Origin: Acidobacteriota bacterium
Lineage (GTDB): Bacteria > Acidobacteriota > UBA890 > WLXD01
Assembly: GCA_965248695.1 (NCBI GenBank)
Contig: CBDFKD010000002.1
Span: 2,720,001-2,784,000 of the forward strand
Length of the DNA stretch: 64,000 nt
Direction: 5' to 3'
Under the pieces are notes generated by a model. It was not told the DNA's origin. It worked only from the letters and a program-made list of their open reading frames with translations, and searched no databases. This document shows, in pieces, positions 1 to 11,096 of the stretch; the stretch's first letter is position 1; each line of letters opens with the position of its first letter. Made by a program: the position numbers and the translations under genes.

Positions 1-3000
1 GATCTCTCCTCCACTGACCGCCTCCGGCAACTCTCCAAAGTTCAGCACAATCCCCTCCCCAGGATCGTTCACTTCATCCGCCAGCACCTCCACGGAAATC
101 GTCCCCTCACTCTCGCCTTCCTCAAACACCACCTTCGCCGGCACTCCACTGTAGTCCTCGTCAGTGGTCCCTCCTTTAGGCGCCACCACCAGCGGTACTT
201 CCACCCGCCGGTCCGGCGTCGGCGCCATCTTCACCTCGATGTCGGCCTGCTGGCCTTCCCTAATCTGGTACTCCGCCTGCCCAAAGCTCACCTCGAGCTC
301 CACCAGTCCTTTGTCCTCCAGCGTCACTGTCGCCACGCCCGGCTCTCCTGCCAGTACTATCTCCGGCAGTTTCCCAAATCCCAGCTCCACCGTCTCGTCG
401 TCCCCGTCCCCGTCATGGTTGGCCTCTATCGTGAACGTCTGTTCCGTTTCCTCGGCCGGGAAGGTCAGCGTTCCGGTGCCCTCCTGCGCATCCCGCTCCT
501 GCAAACCATCTAGGGTATAGTCGGCGACTTCCGTCGTCTCCGGCCGCCTCACCCGGATCGGGATCGCCAGCTCCTCGTCCCAGCCCTGGCTCAGCTTCAC
601 CGTCACCGTCACCGTCTCCCCACCTTCCCTCGCCGTGTAGCTCTCCTCCTGATAGCTCACCACCAGCTTCGTCTCCACTTCGAAGGCCTCCGCCGCCGGG
701 TTGCCGTTGCCGGCCACGTCCTCGGCCACGTCCCCGGGGACCTCAACCCTCACTTCACCGATCCCTTCGGGCGTGATCGTCGCCGTGTACTCCTGCGACG
801 AGACTTTGATAAAGTTCGAAGCCGTTCCATTAGTGACTCGGATATCTTCAAGCTCAAAGCCTTCCACCGGCTCCGAGAAGGCGATCGTCACTTCGAACCC
901 CGCAATTCCCACCGGCTCCGTCGGCCCTTCGATCGTTACCTCCGGCCGATCCAGGTCCGCCTCGATCACCAGAGGCTCCGCCGCCCGGTTGCCGTTGCCG
1001 GCCCCGTCCCGAGCCACGTCCTCCGCAACCTCCACGGTCACCTCACCGGTTGCTTCGGGCGTGATCGTCGCCGTGTACTCCTGCGACGAGACTTTGATAA
1101 AGTTCGAAGCCGTTCCATTAGTGACTCGGATATCTTCAAGCTCAAAGCCTTCCACCGGCTCCGAGAAGGCGATCGTCACTTCGAACCCCGCAATTCCCAC
1201 CGGCTCCGTCGGCCCTTCGATCGTTACCTCCGGCCGATCCAGGTCCGCCTCGATCACCAGAGGCTCCGCCGCCCGGTTGCCGTTGCCGGCCCCGTCCCGA
1301 GCCACGTCCTCCGCAACCTCCACGGTCACCTCACCGGTTGCTTCCGGCGTGATCGTCACCGTGTAAGCCCGTGAGGACACTCTGTTGAAATTCGACGCCG
1401 TCCCGTTGCTGACCTCGATATCTTCCAGTTCAAAGCCTGTCACCGACTCGGGGAAGCGGATCCTCACATCGAACGCACCATGCACCGGTCCCGTGGTCTC
1501 GCTGGTGATCACCACCTCCGGTCGCATCAGATCCGCGTTTATCATCAACGGCGCGCCCGGCATATTGCCGTTGCCGACCCCGTACTCGGCCACATTCGCC
1601 GCAACCTCCACGATCACTTCACCGCTCTTCGAGGGAGTGATCCATGCCTTATAGGTCGTCCCCGACCCACTGAAGTCGGTCACCGAACCATTCGTGACCG
1701 CGATCTCGCTCTGATCGAAACCCGTCACCGCCTCGCTAAAGATGATCGTCACCTCGAACGCGCCGCGCACCGGAGCTGACACGTCCGTTTGAATCGCGAC
1801 CGTCACTACCTTTTCGTTGTCGGCCTCGGTCGCCGTGACTGGATAGATAAAAATATCGTAATAGTCTTCGTCGCCTGCCGTGACGTGAGAGAAGATCGCG
1901 ACGCCATCCACCTCGTCGGCGTCGTCCTCGGCCGCCGAGACCGTCACCGTCTGCTCCGTATTCCAGTTCAAGTCCGTGAAGAGCAACGTAACCGAATTAA
2001 AGGCCGTATCCATATCCGTTTCCGAGGTCACCGTCAGGTCGGCGTCACTCCTTTGGTCCGGGGTCGCCTCGACCGTGACATCATCGTTCAGTGGCTTGGT
2101 GCCAAGCCTCACCGTGTAGGTCGCCGAGCCGCCTTCCGGCACCGACAGTGTGGTCGGCGAGATGATCACGCCGATCGTGTCGTTGTCATCCTCGGTTGTC
2201 CTGACGCCGGGGGCCGAAATGCTGTGATAGACGGTGCCGGGGCTGATCACCTGATGGGTAAACAGGGCGATGCCGGCCTCGCCGTCGTCATCTTCGGCCG
2301 CCAGGATCGTCACCGTCTGCTGCATGCTCCAGTTCGAGTTCGTGAAGGTCAGCGTATCCGCACTCGCCGTCAGATCTTCGTCCCCGAACGACCGCGTCAC
2401 CGTGATCGTGACATCGGCCGTCGGCTGGGTGTCGAGCACCACCGTGTAGCTCGCCGAGCCGCCTTCCGGCACCGTCAGTTCCGTCTCCGAAACCATTACG
2501 CCGGGCGGATCCTTGTCGTTCTCGGTTGCTGTGACGCCGGGGGCCGGAAGCCCGTCATAGACGGTGCCGGGGCCGGCCACAGCATGCGTAAACTGGGCGG
2601 TGCCGTTCTCACTGTCGGCGTCTTCGGTCGCCAGGATCGTCACCGTCTGCTGCGTACTCCAGTTCGAGTTCGTGAAGGTCAGCGTAACCGGGCTCGCCGT
2701 CAGATTCTCGTCGTTCCCGGACGACCGCGTCACCGTGATCGTGACATCGGCCGTCGGCTGGGTGTCGAGCACCACCGTGTAGCTCGCCGAGCCGCCTTCC
2801 GGCACCGTCAGTTCCGTCTCCGAAACCGTTACCCCGGGGCCCAGCGCGAAGGCCAAGTTCGGCCAGGCGAGCCAGGCCAGACAGGCGGCGCCGGCGAATA
2901 TGCCTGCACGGCACCAGCCGCGACGGCTGCACGCGAAGCGATGGGCTTGGTGAACCAGCCCCGCCGGTGGCTTGGGAGCGCGAGAGCCTTCCCCCTGGGC

Positions 3001-3111
3001 CGCCGAGGCGGACTGGCTCCCTTTGGCATCAGGCCTCCATCGGCTCGATTGCCTGATTGGAGGCGGGTAGGACAGCACGGCGGCACGAACTTGAGATTTT
3101 GATCTGGACAT
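1..3111 (-). CDS. Large secreted adhesin-like protein with Calx-beta/cadherin-like and bacterial Ig-like repeats (runs off window start)
   Basis: Hand translation from ATG at 3111 gives a signal-like region (AACLAWLAWPNLAFA), then repeated GVTVSETELTVPEGGSASYTVVLDTQPTADVT modules and FEVTIAFSEPVEGFELEDI...NYTATITP Ig-like modules. Absent from the ORF track because the stop lies outside the window. Confidence 0.85.
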   Translation of the reverse strand, partial: MSRSKSQVRAAVLSYPPPIRQSSRWRPDAKGSQSASAAQGEGSRAPKPPAGLVHQAHRFACSRRGWCRAGIFAGAACLAWLAWPNLAFALGPGVTVSETELTVPEGGSASYTVVLDTQPTADVTITVTRSSGNDENLTASPVTLTFTNSNWSTQQTVTILATEDADSENGTAQFTHAVAGPGTVYDGLPAPGVTATENDKDPPGVMVSETELTVPEGGSASYTVVLDTQPTADVTITVTRSFGDEDLTASADTLTFTNSNWSMQQTVTILAAEDDDGEAGIALFTHQVISPGTVYHSISAPGVRTTEDDNDTIGVIISPTTLSVPEGGSATYTVRLGTKPLNDDVTVEATPDQRSDADLTVTSETDMDTAFNSVTLLFTDLNWNTEQTVTVSAAEDDADEVDGVAIFSHVTAGDEDYYDIFIYPVTATEADNEKVVTVAIQTDVSAPVRGAFEVTIIFSEAVTGFDQSEIAVTNGSVTDFSGSGTTYKAWITPSKSGEVIVEVAANVAEYGVGNGNMPGAPLMINADLMRPEVVITSETTGPVHGAFDVRIRFPESVTGFELEDIEVSNGTASNFNRVSSRAYTVTITPEATGEVTVEVAEDVARDGAGNGNRAAEPLVIEADLDRPEVTIEGPTEPVGIAGFEVTIAFSEPVEGFELEDIRVTNGTASNFIKVSSQEYTATITPEATGEVTVEVAEDVARDGAGNGNRAAEPLVIEADLDRPEVTIEGPTEPVGIAGFEVTIAFSEPVEGFELEDIRVTNGTASNFIKVSSQEYTATITPEGIGEVRVEVPGDVAEDVAGNGNPAAEAFEVETKLVVSYQEESYTAREGGETVTVTVKLSQGWDEELAIPIRVRRPETTEVADYTLDGLQERDAQEGTGTLTFPAEETEQTFTIEANHDGDGDDETVELGFGKLPEIVLAGEPGVATVTLEDKGLVELEVSFGQAEYQIREGQQADIEVKMAPTPDRRVEVPLVVAPKGGTTDEDYSGVPAKVVFEEGESEGTISVEVLADEVNDPGEGIVLNFGELPEAVSGGEI
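765..1343 (-). repeat. Near-exact 288-bp (96-aa) tandem duplication of an Ig-like domain
   Basis: cttc(g/c)ggcgtgatcgt recurs at 765, 1053 and 1341; intervening sequence is essentially identical. Confidence 0.9.
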
Positions 3112-3184
3112 AGAGAGATGTCCCCTAAGACGGCTCAACACTCGGATTTTCTATAGTAGCTATTACCATGGGTCAGGACCATAT

Positions 3185-3551
3185 ACTGAGGCATCGAGGC
3201 GAGCCTGGCCGCTCCGACGCAGATGAACCCCGGTGGCTTCTCGCGAGCAGCCACTCAGGAGATCGGGTTCGTGAATCATCATCGAACTAAACGGGGAAGG
3301 GGAGACCGTTCACCGACCCCATCTCGGCCGGAATGTGGCAAGGGGTTGAACCGCCTAACCACCTTAGGGTGAGCACCGCCACGAAACGGAGAATAGGGCC
3401 TGTGGGGCACCGACAACACTCGTGGTCCACGCCGGCGCGGATCCCGGCGGCCCAGCATGCTGACGGGCCTGCTGGTAGACGAGCAGGGGGACCCAAACCC
3501 CAAAAACGGTGCCAGGGTGATGATGAGAAGAGTCTGACCCCCATCAGCACT
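3185..3551 (+). other. Structured non-coding element, possibly a transposase-less IS110-type relic
   Basis: No credible ORF; several hairpins (ggtggct..agccact, cagcatgctg, cctgct..agcagg); orphan AGGAGA-N-GTG; abuts a truncated TonB gene. Confidence 0.3.
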
Positions 3552-4372
3552 TTAAACTCCGGCCCGGGTGTTGGGATTACGGAAGAAGAAACCGCCGGTC
3601 ACCTTCTTGCGTGCGTAATTCGTGTGGCCGTACAACTGCACGTTGTTGTCAAGCACGTGGCCGAAATTGCTCAAGAATTTGAAATCGTCGTCAATATCTG
3701 GAGAGCCCCAGATCTGCGCGGGGTCGGCAACGTGTGTATTGCCGCCTGCAATCAAGAGAGCAGCGTCGCTGCGCTGCACACTTCGACTCGTGGGGTCGGT
3801 GCTGCTGTACTCGATACTGAGGTTGGCGAAGCCGTTGTTGCCGAACGGCAAGCCGACGTTGCCGGAAATGGTATACGTGTAGCCGTCACCGGCGCTGAAG
3901 CTTCCGGTGCGGACCTCTAGGCTTCCACCGGAAGAGTCGTCCTTGAGCTGTAGGTTCAACACGCCGGCGATGGCGTCCGAGCCGTACTGCGCCGAGGCGC
4001 CGTCACGCAACACTTCCACCTGCCGCAACGCGATCGCCGGGATCGTCGAAACATCTGGCCCCTGTGCGCCATCGGCAACACCGTTACCCAACCAAGTGAT
4101 GACCGCCGCCCGGTGGCGGCCCTCCCGTTGACCACCACCAGCGTATGATCGGGCGCCAGACCACGCAAGTTCGCCGGACGAATGATCCGGGCCGCATCGC
4201 CGACCGGTTGAGGGTTGACATTGTATGACGGCAGGACGGTTCTTAACTGGTCGGCGATATCGGTACCGCCCTGACTCATCAGGTCAACGAATGAGATGAC
4301 GTCAATGGGCACAGCCGACTTGGTCACTGTCCGTGGCTGTGCGCGGGTGCCCACGACGACGATTACCTCATC
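3552..4372 (-). pseudogene. TonB-dependent receptor fragment (plug and start of barrel), frameshifted near 4125
   Basis: [27 protein letters not shown] and VEVLRDGASAQYGSDAIAGVLN plug motifs; truncated at both ends. Confidence 0.85.
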
Positions 4373-4379
4373 TAAGGCC

Positions 4380-4960
4380 TGGAGGTCCGGACAAAACGCC
4401 GGCAGCAAACGAGCCAGCCACGTGCGCTTGCTCGTGCCGGCGGCCGAGGGGCCCCAACGAGCGCTGGGCCATGGACTTCGTCGCCGATCGGCTCGAGAGC
4501 GGCCGGCAGTTCAGGGTGCTGACGGTGGTCGATCACTTTAGTCGTGAATGCCCGTTACTTGAGCCCGGCGCGTCGATCACCGGCAGGGCAGTAGCGCGGG
4601 CGCTGGAGCGCGTGTCGTTCAACCGGCCGCTACCGCGGGTGATCACGGTCGACAATGGCTCAGAGTTCTACTCGCAGGCGATGGACTCCTGGGCCTATCG
4701 GAGAGGCGTGCAGCTGCAGTTCATCCGGCCGGGAAAGCCCGTGGACAACGCGTTCATCGAGAGCTTCAACGGTCGGCTGCGCGACGAGTTCCTCAACGCC
4801 AATCTGTTCTTGTCAATCGAGGACGCTCGCAGTCTGGAGGCTCGATTACAATGCCCACTAGGCCCCACAGCTCACTGAACGATCGAACTCCTACGGGATT
4901 CGCCAGGGGCTGGCAACGGGAGGCCTCAGAACGCCGGATCCTAAAGCGCTGACTGGTACC
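4380..4960 (+). mobile_element. IS3-family transposase OrfB fragment (rve core) and right end
   Basis: [37 protein letters not shown]. Confidence 0.85.
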
Positions 4961-5197
4961 GAAAACGGATCCGGATGTAATCTCACGATCTGGGTCAAGA
5001 ACGGGAGGTCAGAATGCCGAGTAAGAGGCACAGCGCCGAGCAGATCGTACGCAAGCTCCGGGAGGCTGAGGTGGAGCTGGCTCGAGGGGCGACGGTCAAG
5101 GATGCCTGCCGCAAGCTAGCAATCACCGAGCACACCTACTACCGGTGGCGGCGAGAGTACGGCGGACTGAAGCTCAACCAGGCCAGAAAGCTCAAGC
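4960..5197 (+). mobile_element. Partial copy of the IS3 element at 15482 (left end and OrfA N-terminus)
   Basis: Sequence matches ~15494-15731 (MPSKRHSAEQIVRKLREAEV...). Confidence 0.9.
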
Positions 5198-5454
5198 GCC
5201 TGCGGATACTGGCCAAGAGCTTCGCGAAGACGGGCCGTGTGGCGCCCTCAAGGGGCCCACGGCTGCGCCCGGGCGCGCAATTGGTGCGCCAATGGCGAGG
5301 CGAAACCTACCTGGTCACCGTGACCGAGAGCGGCTTCGAGCATGCCGGTGAGCTGTATGGCTCCTTGAGCAGCATCGCCCGGCGCATCACCGGCGCCCAT
5401 TGCTCCGGCCCTCGCTTCTTCGGCATTCAGAAGGCCTCCAAACGCTCATCGTGA
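5198..5454 (+). pseudogene. DUF2924-like protein C-terminal part, fused in frame to IS3 OrfA
   Basis: LRPGAQLVRQWRGE...FEHAGELYGSLSSIARRITGAHCSGPRFFG, typical of DUF2924 genes upstream of serine recombinases. Confidence 0.75.
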
Positions 5455-6188
5455 ACGAAACGGCTCCTGCCTGCCGCAACGGCAACGGGCACCTGCGCTG
5501 CGGTATCTACACCCGCAAGTCCCACGAGCGAGGACTAGATCAAGCCTTCAACTCCCTGCACGCTCAACGTGAGGCCTGCGAGGCCTATATCGGAAGCCAC
5601 AAGCACGAAGGCTGGCGCTGCCTGCCGGACAGGTACGACGACGGTGGCGTCTCAGGCGCCACGATGGATCGGCCAGCGCTGCAGCGTCTGCTGGCCGATG
5701 TCCAAGGCGGCCGCATCGACCTGCTCGTGGTGTACAAGGTGGACCGGCTGAGCCGGGCCCTGTCGGATTTCGCCCGGATTGTAGAGATCCTCGAGCGGCA
5801 CGGGGTGTCGTTCGTGTCGGTGACCCAACAGTTCAACACCACCAGCTCGATGGGGCGCCTGACGCTCAACGTGCTGTTGTCGTTTGCCCAGTTTGAGCGT
5901 GAACTCACTGGGGAGCGCATCCGCGACAAGATCGCCGCCTCCAAGAAAAAGGGGCTGTGGATGGGCGGCCGCCCGCCCCTGGGCTACGACGTGCGGGACC
6001 GGAAGCTGGTTGTTAACAAAAAGGAGGCGGAAACCGTCCGCTATATCTTTCGCCAGTACCGTCAGCTCCGATCGGTGCGCGCTCTACGTACGCGGCTTGT
6101 AACCGCGGGCGTCACCAGCAAGCGCCGGGTGCTGCGTAACGGCACCCTCACCGGCGGCAAGCCGATCAACCGGGGAGCGCTGTACTAG
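5451..6188 (+). pseudogene. Large serine recombinase, N-terminal catalytic part (truncated)
   Basis: GIYTRKS, YDDGGVSGATMDRPALQRLL, VVYKVDRLSR, FAQFERELTGERIRDK; ends abruptly at CTAG. Confidence 0.85.
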
Positions 6189-6391
6189 CCCGTCGATGAA
6201 CATGAACCGCGGCGTCTGGCTCACGGCTTCTCCGTTCGGCACGATCAGCGGACTCATACCCGAGGACCGCACGCCGCGCGCAGGAATCAGCGAATGAGCC
6301 GCTGGTTCGTCCGGTGCTCGCGTGAGCAACCGTAACAGCTTGGTCGCGACGCGCCATGGGGCTGCTACCATGCGCCGACGGAGCGACCTGG

Positions 6392-7765
6392 ATGATAAGA
6401 ACCCGCTACACGAGGCTCGCGTTGGCCGCCGCGTTGGCGGCGCTCGGCTTGCTTGTCGGTTGCGGGTCCGACGACGACGGCCCTGCCAAGCGTCGTCCCC
6501 AGGACGAGCGTCGGCGTCAGTGGAGTGGCATCTCCTACGCCGATCGCACGGTGGTCGAGCGCCTGCCGTCGAAATCCTCCTCGGGTACCGGCTTCGACCG
6601 GGAGCGTGTCTGGAGCGGTGAGGACGACTGGGAGCCGTACGTGGCGGTCGACGCCGACCGCGGATTCGTCTACCAGTTCGCCACCCGCTGGGTCGCCCCG
6701 AGGTACAAGATCGTCGTTCGACGCTCGCTCGACGGCGGTGCCAGCTGGGATGCGGACCAGCTCATCTACGCGTCGGAGGTAGGGCAGGCGGATCCCTACG
6801 CGAAGGTGGCCGACGACGGGACCGTCTACGCGATCTGGCTCGAGGGCTGGGACACGGTGCTGTCCAAGTCGGACGACTTCGGCGAGACGTGGAGCGCGCC
6901 CGTTTCAACGTTGGGCTCGATTCGTTCGAGCGACTTTCCGAGCATTGCGATCTCCGGCGACGGGCGCGATGTGTACGTTGCCTTCAACCGGAGTGGGGTG
7001 AGCTACATCGTCGCGTCGCACGACGCTGGCGCGACGTTCTCGGAGCCGGTGAGGACCAACACCGACGGCCTGTGGTGGTGGCACGGCGGTGGCGACGTCG
7101 CACCCGGAGGGGACGTCTACTTCGGCGCGAGCACAGAGCGCCGCTCCGGCGGCGGCCCTGTGAGCATGTACGTCCTGAAGTCGAGCGACGGTGGTGCGTC
7201 GTGGCAGGCGATCGAGCTCGATGTGTCTGCCGAAGTACCGGATTGCACGTGGGCTCCGGGTTGCTACTTCGGGTACCTCGTCGGTGTCCCGAGCGTCGGA
7301 GTCGACGTCGCCGGTGTGGTGCTGGCGGTGTACAACGCGGGCAGGGCCGACGGCGCGCCGCAAGGTGTTTGGGTCCGGCGCTCGGTCGACGGAGGTGCCA
7401 GCTGGAAAGGTCGACGACGACTCTCGAGGCGTTGGCCACGCGCACACCATGGCTTCACCGACGTCGAGGCCGGTCCTGCCGCCGGCGACTTTCGGGTTGT
7501 CTGGCAAGGGAGCTCTCGCGACCGCGAGGACGCCTGGAACACGTTTTATCGCCGAACCTCGGACGGCGGAGTCAGATGGGGGCGGATTGTGCGCCTTTCA
7601 GACCTCGGCACCGGAGCACCCTACAAGTCGCCGGCCGGATACCGATTCCCCTACGGGGATTACTTGGCGCTCGCCGTCGACGCGCAGGGCGTCGATCACG
7701 TGATCTGGGGCGAGGGCACGAGCTACGAGGGTCCTGGAGGCGTCTGGTACACGCGCCGGCGCTGA
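6392..7765 (+). CDS. BNR/Asp-box repeat (sialidase-fold) lipoprotein
   Basis: Lipobox LLVGC; six Asp-boxes (SLDGGASW, SDDFGETW, SHDAGATF, SSDGGASW, SVDGGASW, TSDGGVRW). Confidence 0.85.
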   Translation: MIRTRYTRLALAAALAALGLLVGCGSDDDGPAKRRPQDERRRQWSGISYADRTVVERLPSKSSSGTGFDRERVWSGEDDWEPYVAVDADRGFVYQFATRWVAPRYKIVVRRSLDGGASWDADQLIYASEVGQADPYAKVADDGTVYAIWLEGWDTVLSKSDDFGETWSAPVSTLGSIRSSDFPSIAISGDGRDVYVAFNRSGVSYIVASHDAGATFSEPVRTNTDGLWWWHGGGDVAPGGDVYFGASTERRSGGGPVSMYVLKSSDGGASWQAIELDVSAEVPDCTWAPGCYFGYLVGVPSVGVDVAGVVLAVYNAGRADGAPQGVWVRRSVDGGASWKGRRRLSRRWPRAHHGFTDVEAGPAAGDFRVVWQGSSRDREDAWNTFYRRTSDGGVRWGRIVRLSDLGTGAPYKSPAGYRFPYGDYLALAVDAQGVDHVIWGEGTSYEGPGGVWYTRRR

Positions 7766-7789
7766 TTGGAGAGAGCCCGCGACCGGGCG

Positions 7790-7990
7790 TCAGCGCGCGA
7801 CTTCGTGACCGGTCGTCATTGTCGCGAACGCGTTGCGGAACCGGGCGCCCTCGCGCGCGACGCGGTCGATACTCGGCGTCTCGACGAACGGGTGGCCGCC
7901 GGCACCGTAGTCGTCCCAGCGCATGTCGTCGATCAGGACGACCACCATGTTGGGGCGCGGCTGTGGCGGCACCCCGGCTGCCAGGGCGCG
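7790..7990 (-). pseudogene. Sulfatase N-terminal fragment
   Basis: PRPNMVVVLIDDMRWDD...ETPSIDRVAREGARFRNAF. Confidence 0.75.
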
Positions 7991-8452
7991 CGTCGCAACT
8001 CGAAACCGGCTGAAGTCCTGCGCGCTATGTATATGCCAGATTGGCCATGAAATATCGTTCCGGGTGCGATACTCGACTGTAGCCTCCGCGCTGTTGAACG
8101 ACAAGCCCACAAAGCGAATGTCCAGTGCCTCAAGATCACGGGCTACATCCGCCCAGACGGGCAACGTCTCGTGGCAGAACTGACAAGTCACCGTGAGAAA
8201 CGCTAGGATCCCGCCTTCTTCGCCAAGCATGGTGGCTACCGTGATCGGCTGGTCTTTATCAACCGCAACGAGCGCATCTCCGGCGTCAGCCAGCCCGTCC
8301 CCGATGGCGTACCCATCGATAGCGGGTCTTTCCGGGTTCCGCGAGGCGAGAGCTGCTCGCAGCTGGCGATTCTGTTCGATCAGTGCCCAACCACTGACCG
8401 CGACACCGACGGCGACTAGAAAGAGGCCAATCGTCGCCGCCCAAGGTGGCAC
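7990..8452 (-). pseudogene. TlpA/redoxin-like membrane-anchored thioredoxin-fold protein, 3' end replaced by the sulfatase fragment
   Basis: N-terminal TM helix, TCQFC CxxC motif, VGLSFN. Confidence 0.6.
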
Positions 8453-8484
8453 CAGCGGCGAGGCTGGTCTGCGGGCTACCGACG

Positions 8485-10705
8485 GGTACTGTCAAGTTAA
8501 CAACGCGAGATCGGAGCCGGGCGAGCTGAGGGCCTGGAACCGGGGGGTTGCCCTAGGCGATGACTACCTCTGTCCAGGTCCCAAAGGCGCGAGCCCGAAG
8601 CAACCGGTGGTTCGCGGATCGTAGTCGGTGCCGGCTCAGGTTGAAGAGATTCCGGACACCACCGTGCACCGACAAGAACTGCTGCGCCTGAGCAGCGGAT
8701 TTGAACCTGCGCAGAGTTATTTGCAAATGTTGTGGATCGGTGGATTTGTTCAGGCGGCGTCTTCGCTAGCGATCAGGTGAACTCCATCGACGAATGTGGC
8801 GCCCTCGAGTACGAGGGCAGTGAGGTGAGGAGCGTTGATGCGGCGCCATCGTTGCTGTGCCATCTCCAGGAGCTTGAATGCCATCGTCAGCGCCTTGGTG
8901 CGTGAGCCGGCGCCCTTGGTGACGCGTTGTCTCAGGCGTACGGTGGCGAACGCCGACTCGATCGGGTTGGCCGTGCGCAGATGAACCCAGTGGTCGGCGG
9001 GGAAGTCGTAGAACGTCAGCAGCTTGTCGGAGTCGCGTTGCAACGACGCCACGGCCTTGGAGTACTTGGCGCCGTAGTCGGCTGCGAACCGCGCCATGCC
9101 CTCCTGAGCATCCTCGCGCGTTGGCGCACCGATGATCTCGTGCAGCGCGCGCTTGGCTTTGGCCTGCAGCCGCCTCGGTAGCTTGTCGAGCACGTTGCCA
9201 AGCCGATGCACCCAGCATCGTTGCTCTCGAGTCTGGGGCCATACATCCCGCACCGCCGCCCAGAACCCCAGCGCCCCATCACCCACTGCCACGAGCGGCG
9301 CCCGCATGCCTCGACGCTTCAGCTCCCGGAGCACGAACGCCCAGCTCTCGGTGCTCTCTCGATACCCGTCCTCGACCGCGATGAGCTCCTTGGTTCCGTC
9401 CGGCAAAACGCCCAGGATCACCAGCGTGCACAGCCGATCATCCTCGAGTCGAATGTTGAAGTGCACACCGTCCGCCCACACGTATACGTACTGCTTGGTG
9501 GACAGATCCAGCTTCCGGAATGCCTCGTACTCCGTGCTCCAGGCGTTCGTCAGCCGGCAGATCGCCGATGCCGACAGCCCGCTGGCTTCCTGTCCCAGTA
9601 AGATCGGCAGCGCCTCCTTGAAGTCGCCCGTCGACAGGCCCCGCAGGTACAGCACCGGCAGCACCTCCGCCACCTTCGGCGAGCGCCGCATGTAGGGCGG
9701 CAGGATCCGACTGCTGAACCGCTGCCTCAGTCCCTGCTCGTCGAGCCGCTTGTCGTTGACCCGTGGCGCGGCTACTTGCACCGTCCCGCACCCCAACGTG
9801 ATCTTGCGTGCGCGAGCCCGACCGTTGCGTACCACTTGCCGACGGCCGGCTTCATCCAGTTGCCCGGCGTGGCTCTGGATATACTCCTGAACCTCCCACT
9901 CCAGTGCTGTTGCCAGCATCTGCAGCGCGCCCTGCCGGGCGAGCTCATCGACGTCCAGTGTCAGCTGTCCTTCCTCCGCGTCCGATCCACCGATAATCTT
10001 GAGCACGGGTGGCGTCTCCTTCCCGGCCTCCACAGCCGGCTGCTGGTTGTTGATGATCCCAGCGAAGGTTACGCTGCCTTTCTTTTTCCTCCCATCCACA
10101 ACTTCCGGTTATATCTCACCTGCGCATCTGCCTCTCTCTTTGCCGGGTCGGCTGATGCGAGACCTCTGCTCGGTTGTTCGCGTAGCACGCTGTGACACGC
10201 TCCACGGAAGGCATCATACTCCTGTGCGCCGCCCCGTAGCTTCTAAGCTTGTCGGTGATCAACCATCGAGGTTCGCTCCCCTGCCCCTTCAACAGCTTGC
10301 GAAAGAAACGCTTGGCAGCGTAGGCGTTGCGACGTCGTTGGACCAAGATGTCGATTACGTCGCCCGTCTTGATCGACTGCACGCCACAGATAGTGGCGTT
10401 CCCCGCGTATCGTGACGAACACCTCGTCCAGAAACCACGTGTCACCCAGCCGGCCGTGCCGACGCCGTAGCCTAGCCGCATACTTGGGCCCGAACTTGAC
10501 GCACCAGCACCGGATTGCCTCGTGCGAGACCGTCACACCTCGCTTCGCCAAGAGATCCTCGACGTCGCGAAAGCTCAAGCTGAACCGGTGATATAGCCAC
10601 ACGGCGTGGCTGATGATCCCTGGCGGAAAGCGATGTCGATGGTAGCGCTGCCGATCGTTGCTCATCACCGGACTGTGCCAGGCTGCCGGTTAACTTGACA
10701 GTACC
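8485..10705 (-). mobile_element. IS6-family element interrupted by IS256; transposase in pieces at 10668-10118 (frameshifted) and 8713-8553
   Basis: Perfect 16-bp TIR GGTACTGTCAAGTTAA at 8485 and its reverse complement ending 10705; YHRHRFPPGII, WFLDEVFV, LWRAVDQDG, ITDKLRSY, NNRAEVSH. Confidence 0.9.
8714..10117 (-). mobile_element. IS256-family element (transposase 10099-8750)
   Basis: Mutator-family motifs (YVWADGV, VGDGALGFW, QRCWVH, TANPIES); imperfect TIRs; 9-bp TSD ACCTGCGCA at 8705-8713 and 10118-10126. Confidence 0.95.
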
Positions 10706-10958
10706 TGCCTGAACCCGCATCTGTTCCTGTCGATCGAAGATGCGCGTCAGAAGCTCAAGGCCTGGAGGATCGACTACAACGACCAACGACCCCACAGCTC
10801 CCTGGCCGACCGAACTCCTACGGAGTTCGCCAGGGGCTGGCAGCTGAGGGCCGCGGAAGCGCCGAGTGTCCACCTCTGACTGGGTCAGAAACCGGGGGCA
10901 GGTCAGAGCCTCAAATCCTAACTCTCAGACTGGCCCGACTATTGGCGGGCAGGTCAAC
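10706..10958 (+). mobile_element. IS3-family 3' fragment followed by two tandem right ends (..GGCAGGTCA)
   Basis: WRIDYNDQRPHSSL tail homologous to ~4800-4920; GGGGGCAGGTCA near 10904 and GGGCAGGTCA near 10956. Confidence 0.75.
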
Positions 10959-11096
10959 GACGTATCAAAGCTGCTCGGGTCGAGCGAGGACCACTTTCCA
11001 GTTGAGTTTGAGCCGCGTGCGGAAACGCTTGCCACCGGGGACTTGGCGTCCGGTCTGGTGCTCGGACAAAGTGTAGATATCTCGCATGCAGGTCAC

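Noticed and set aside
164-3102. Plus-strand ORFs of up to 437 aa
   Set aside because: Antisense shadows of the minus-strand adhesin, typical of high-GC codon bias
5014-5454. Novel IS3 OrfA-DUF2924 fusion protein
   Set aside because: Abrupt microhomology join of two truncated genes; likely debris or chimera
3552-6190. Junctions at restriction-like sites (TTAA, CTNAG, CTAG) suggesting ligation chimeras
   Set aside because: Only a few junctions fit; most others show unrelated microhomologies
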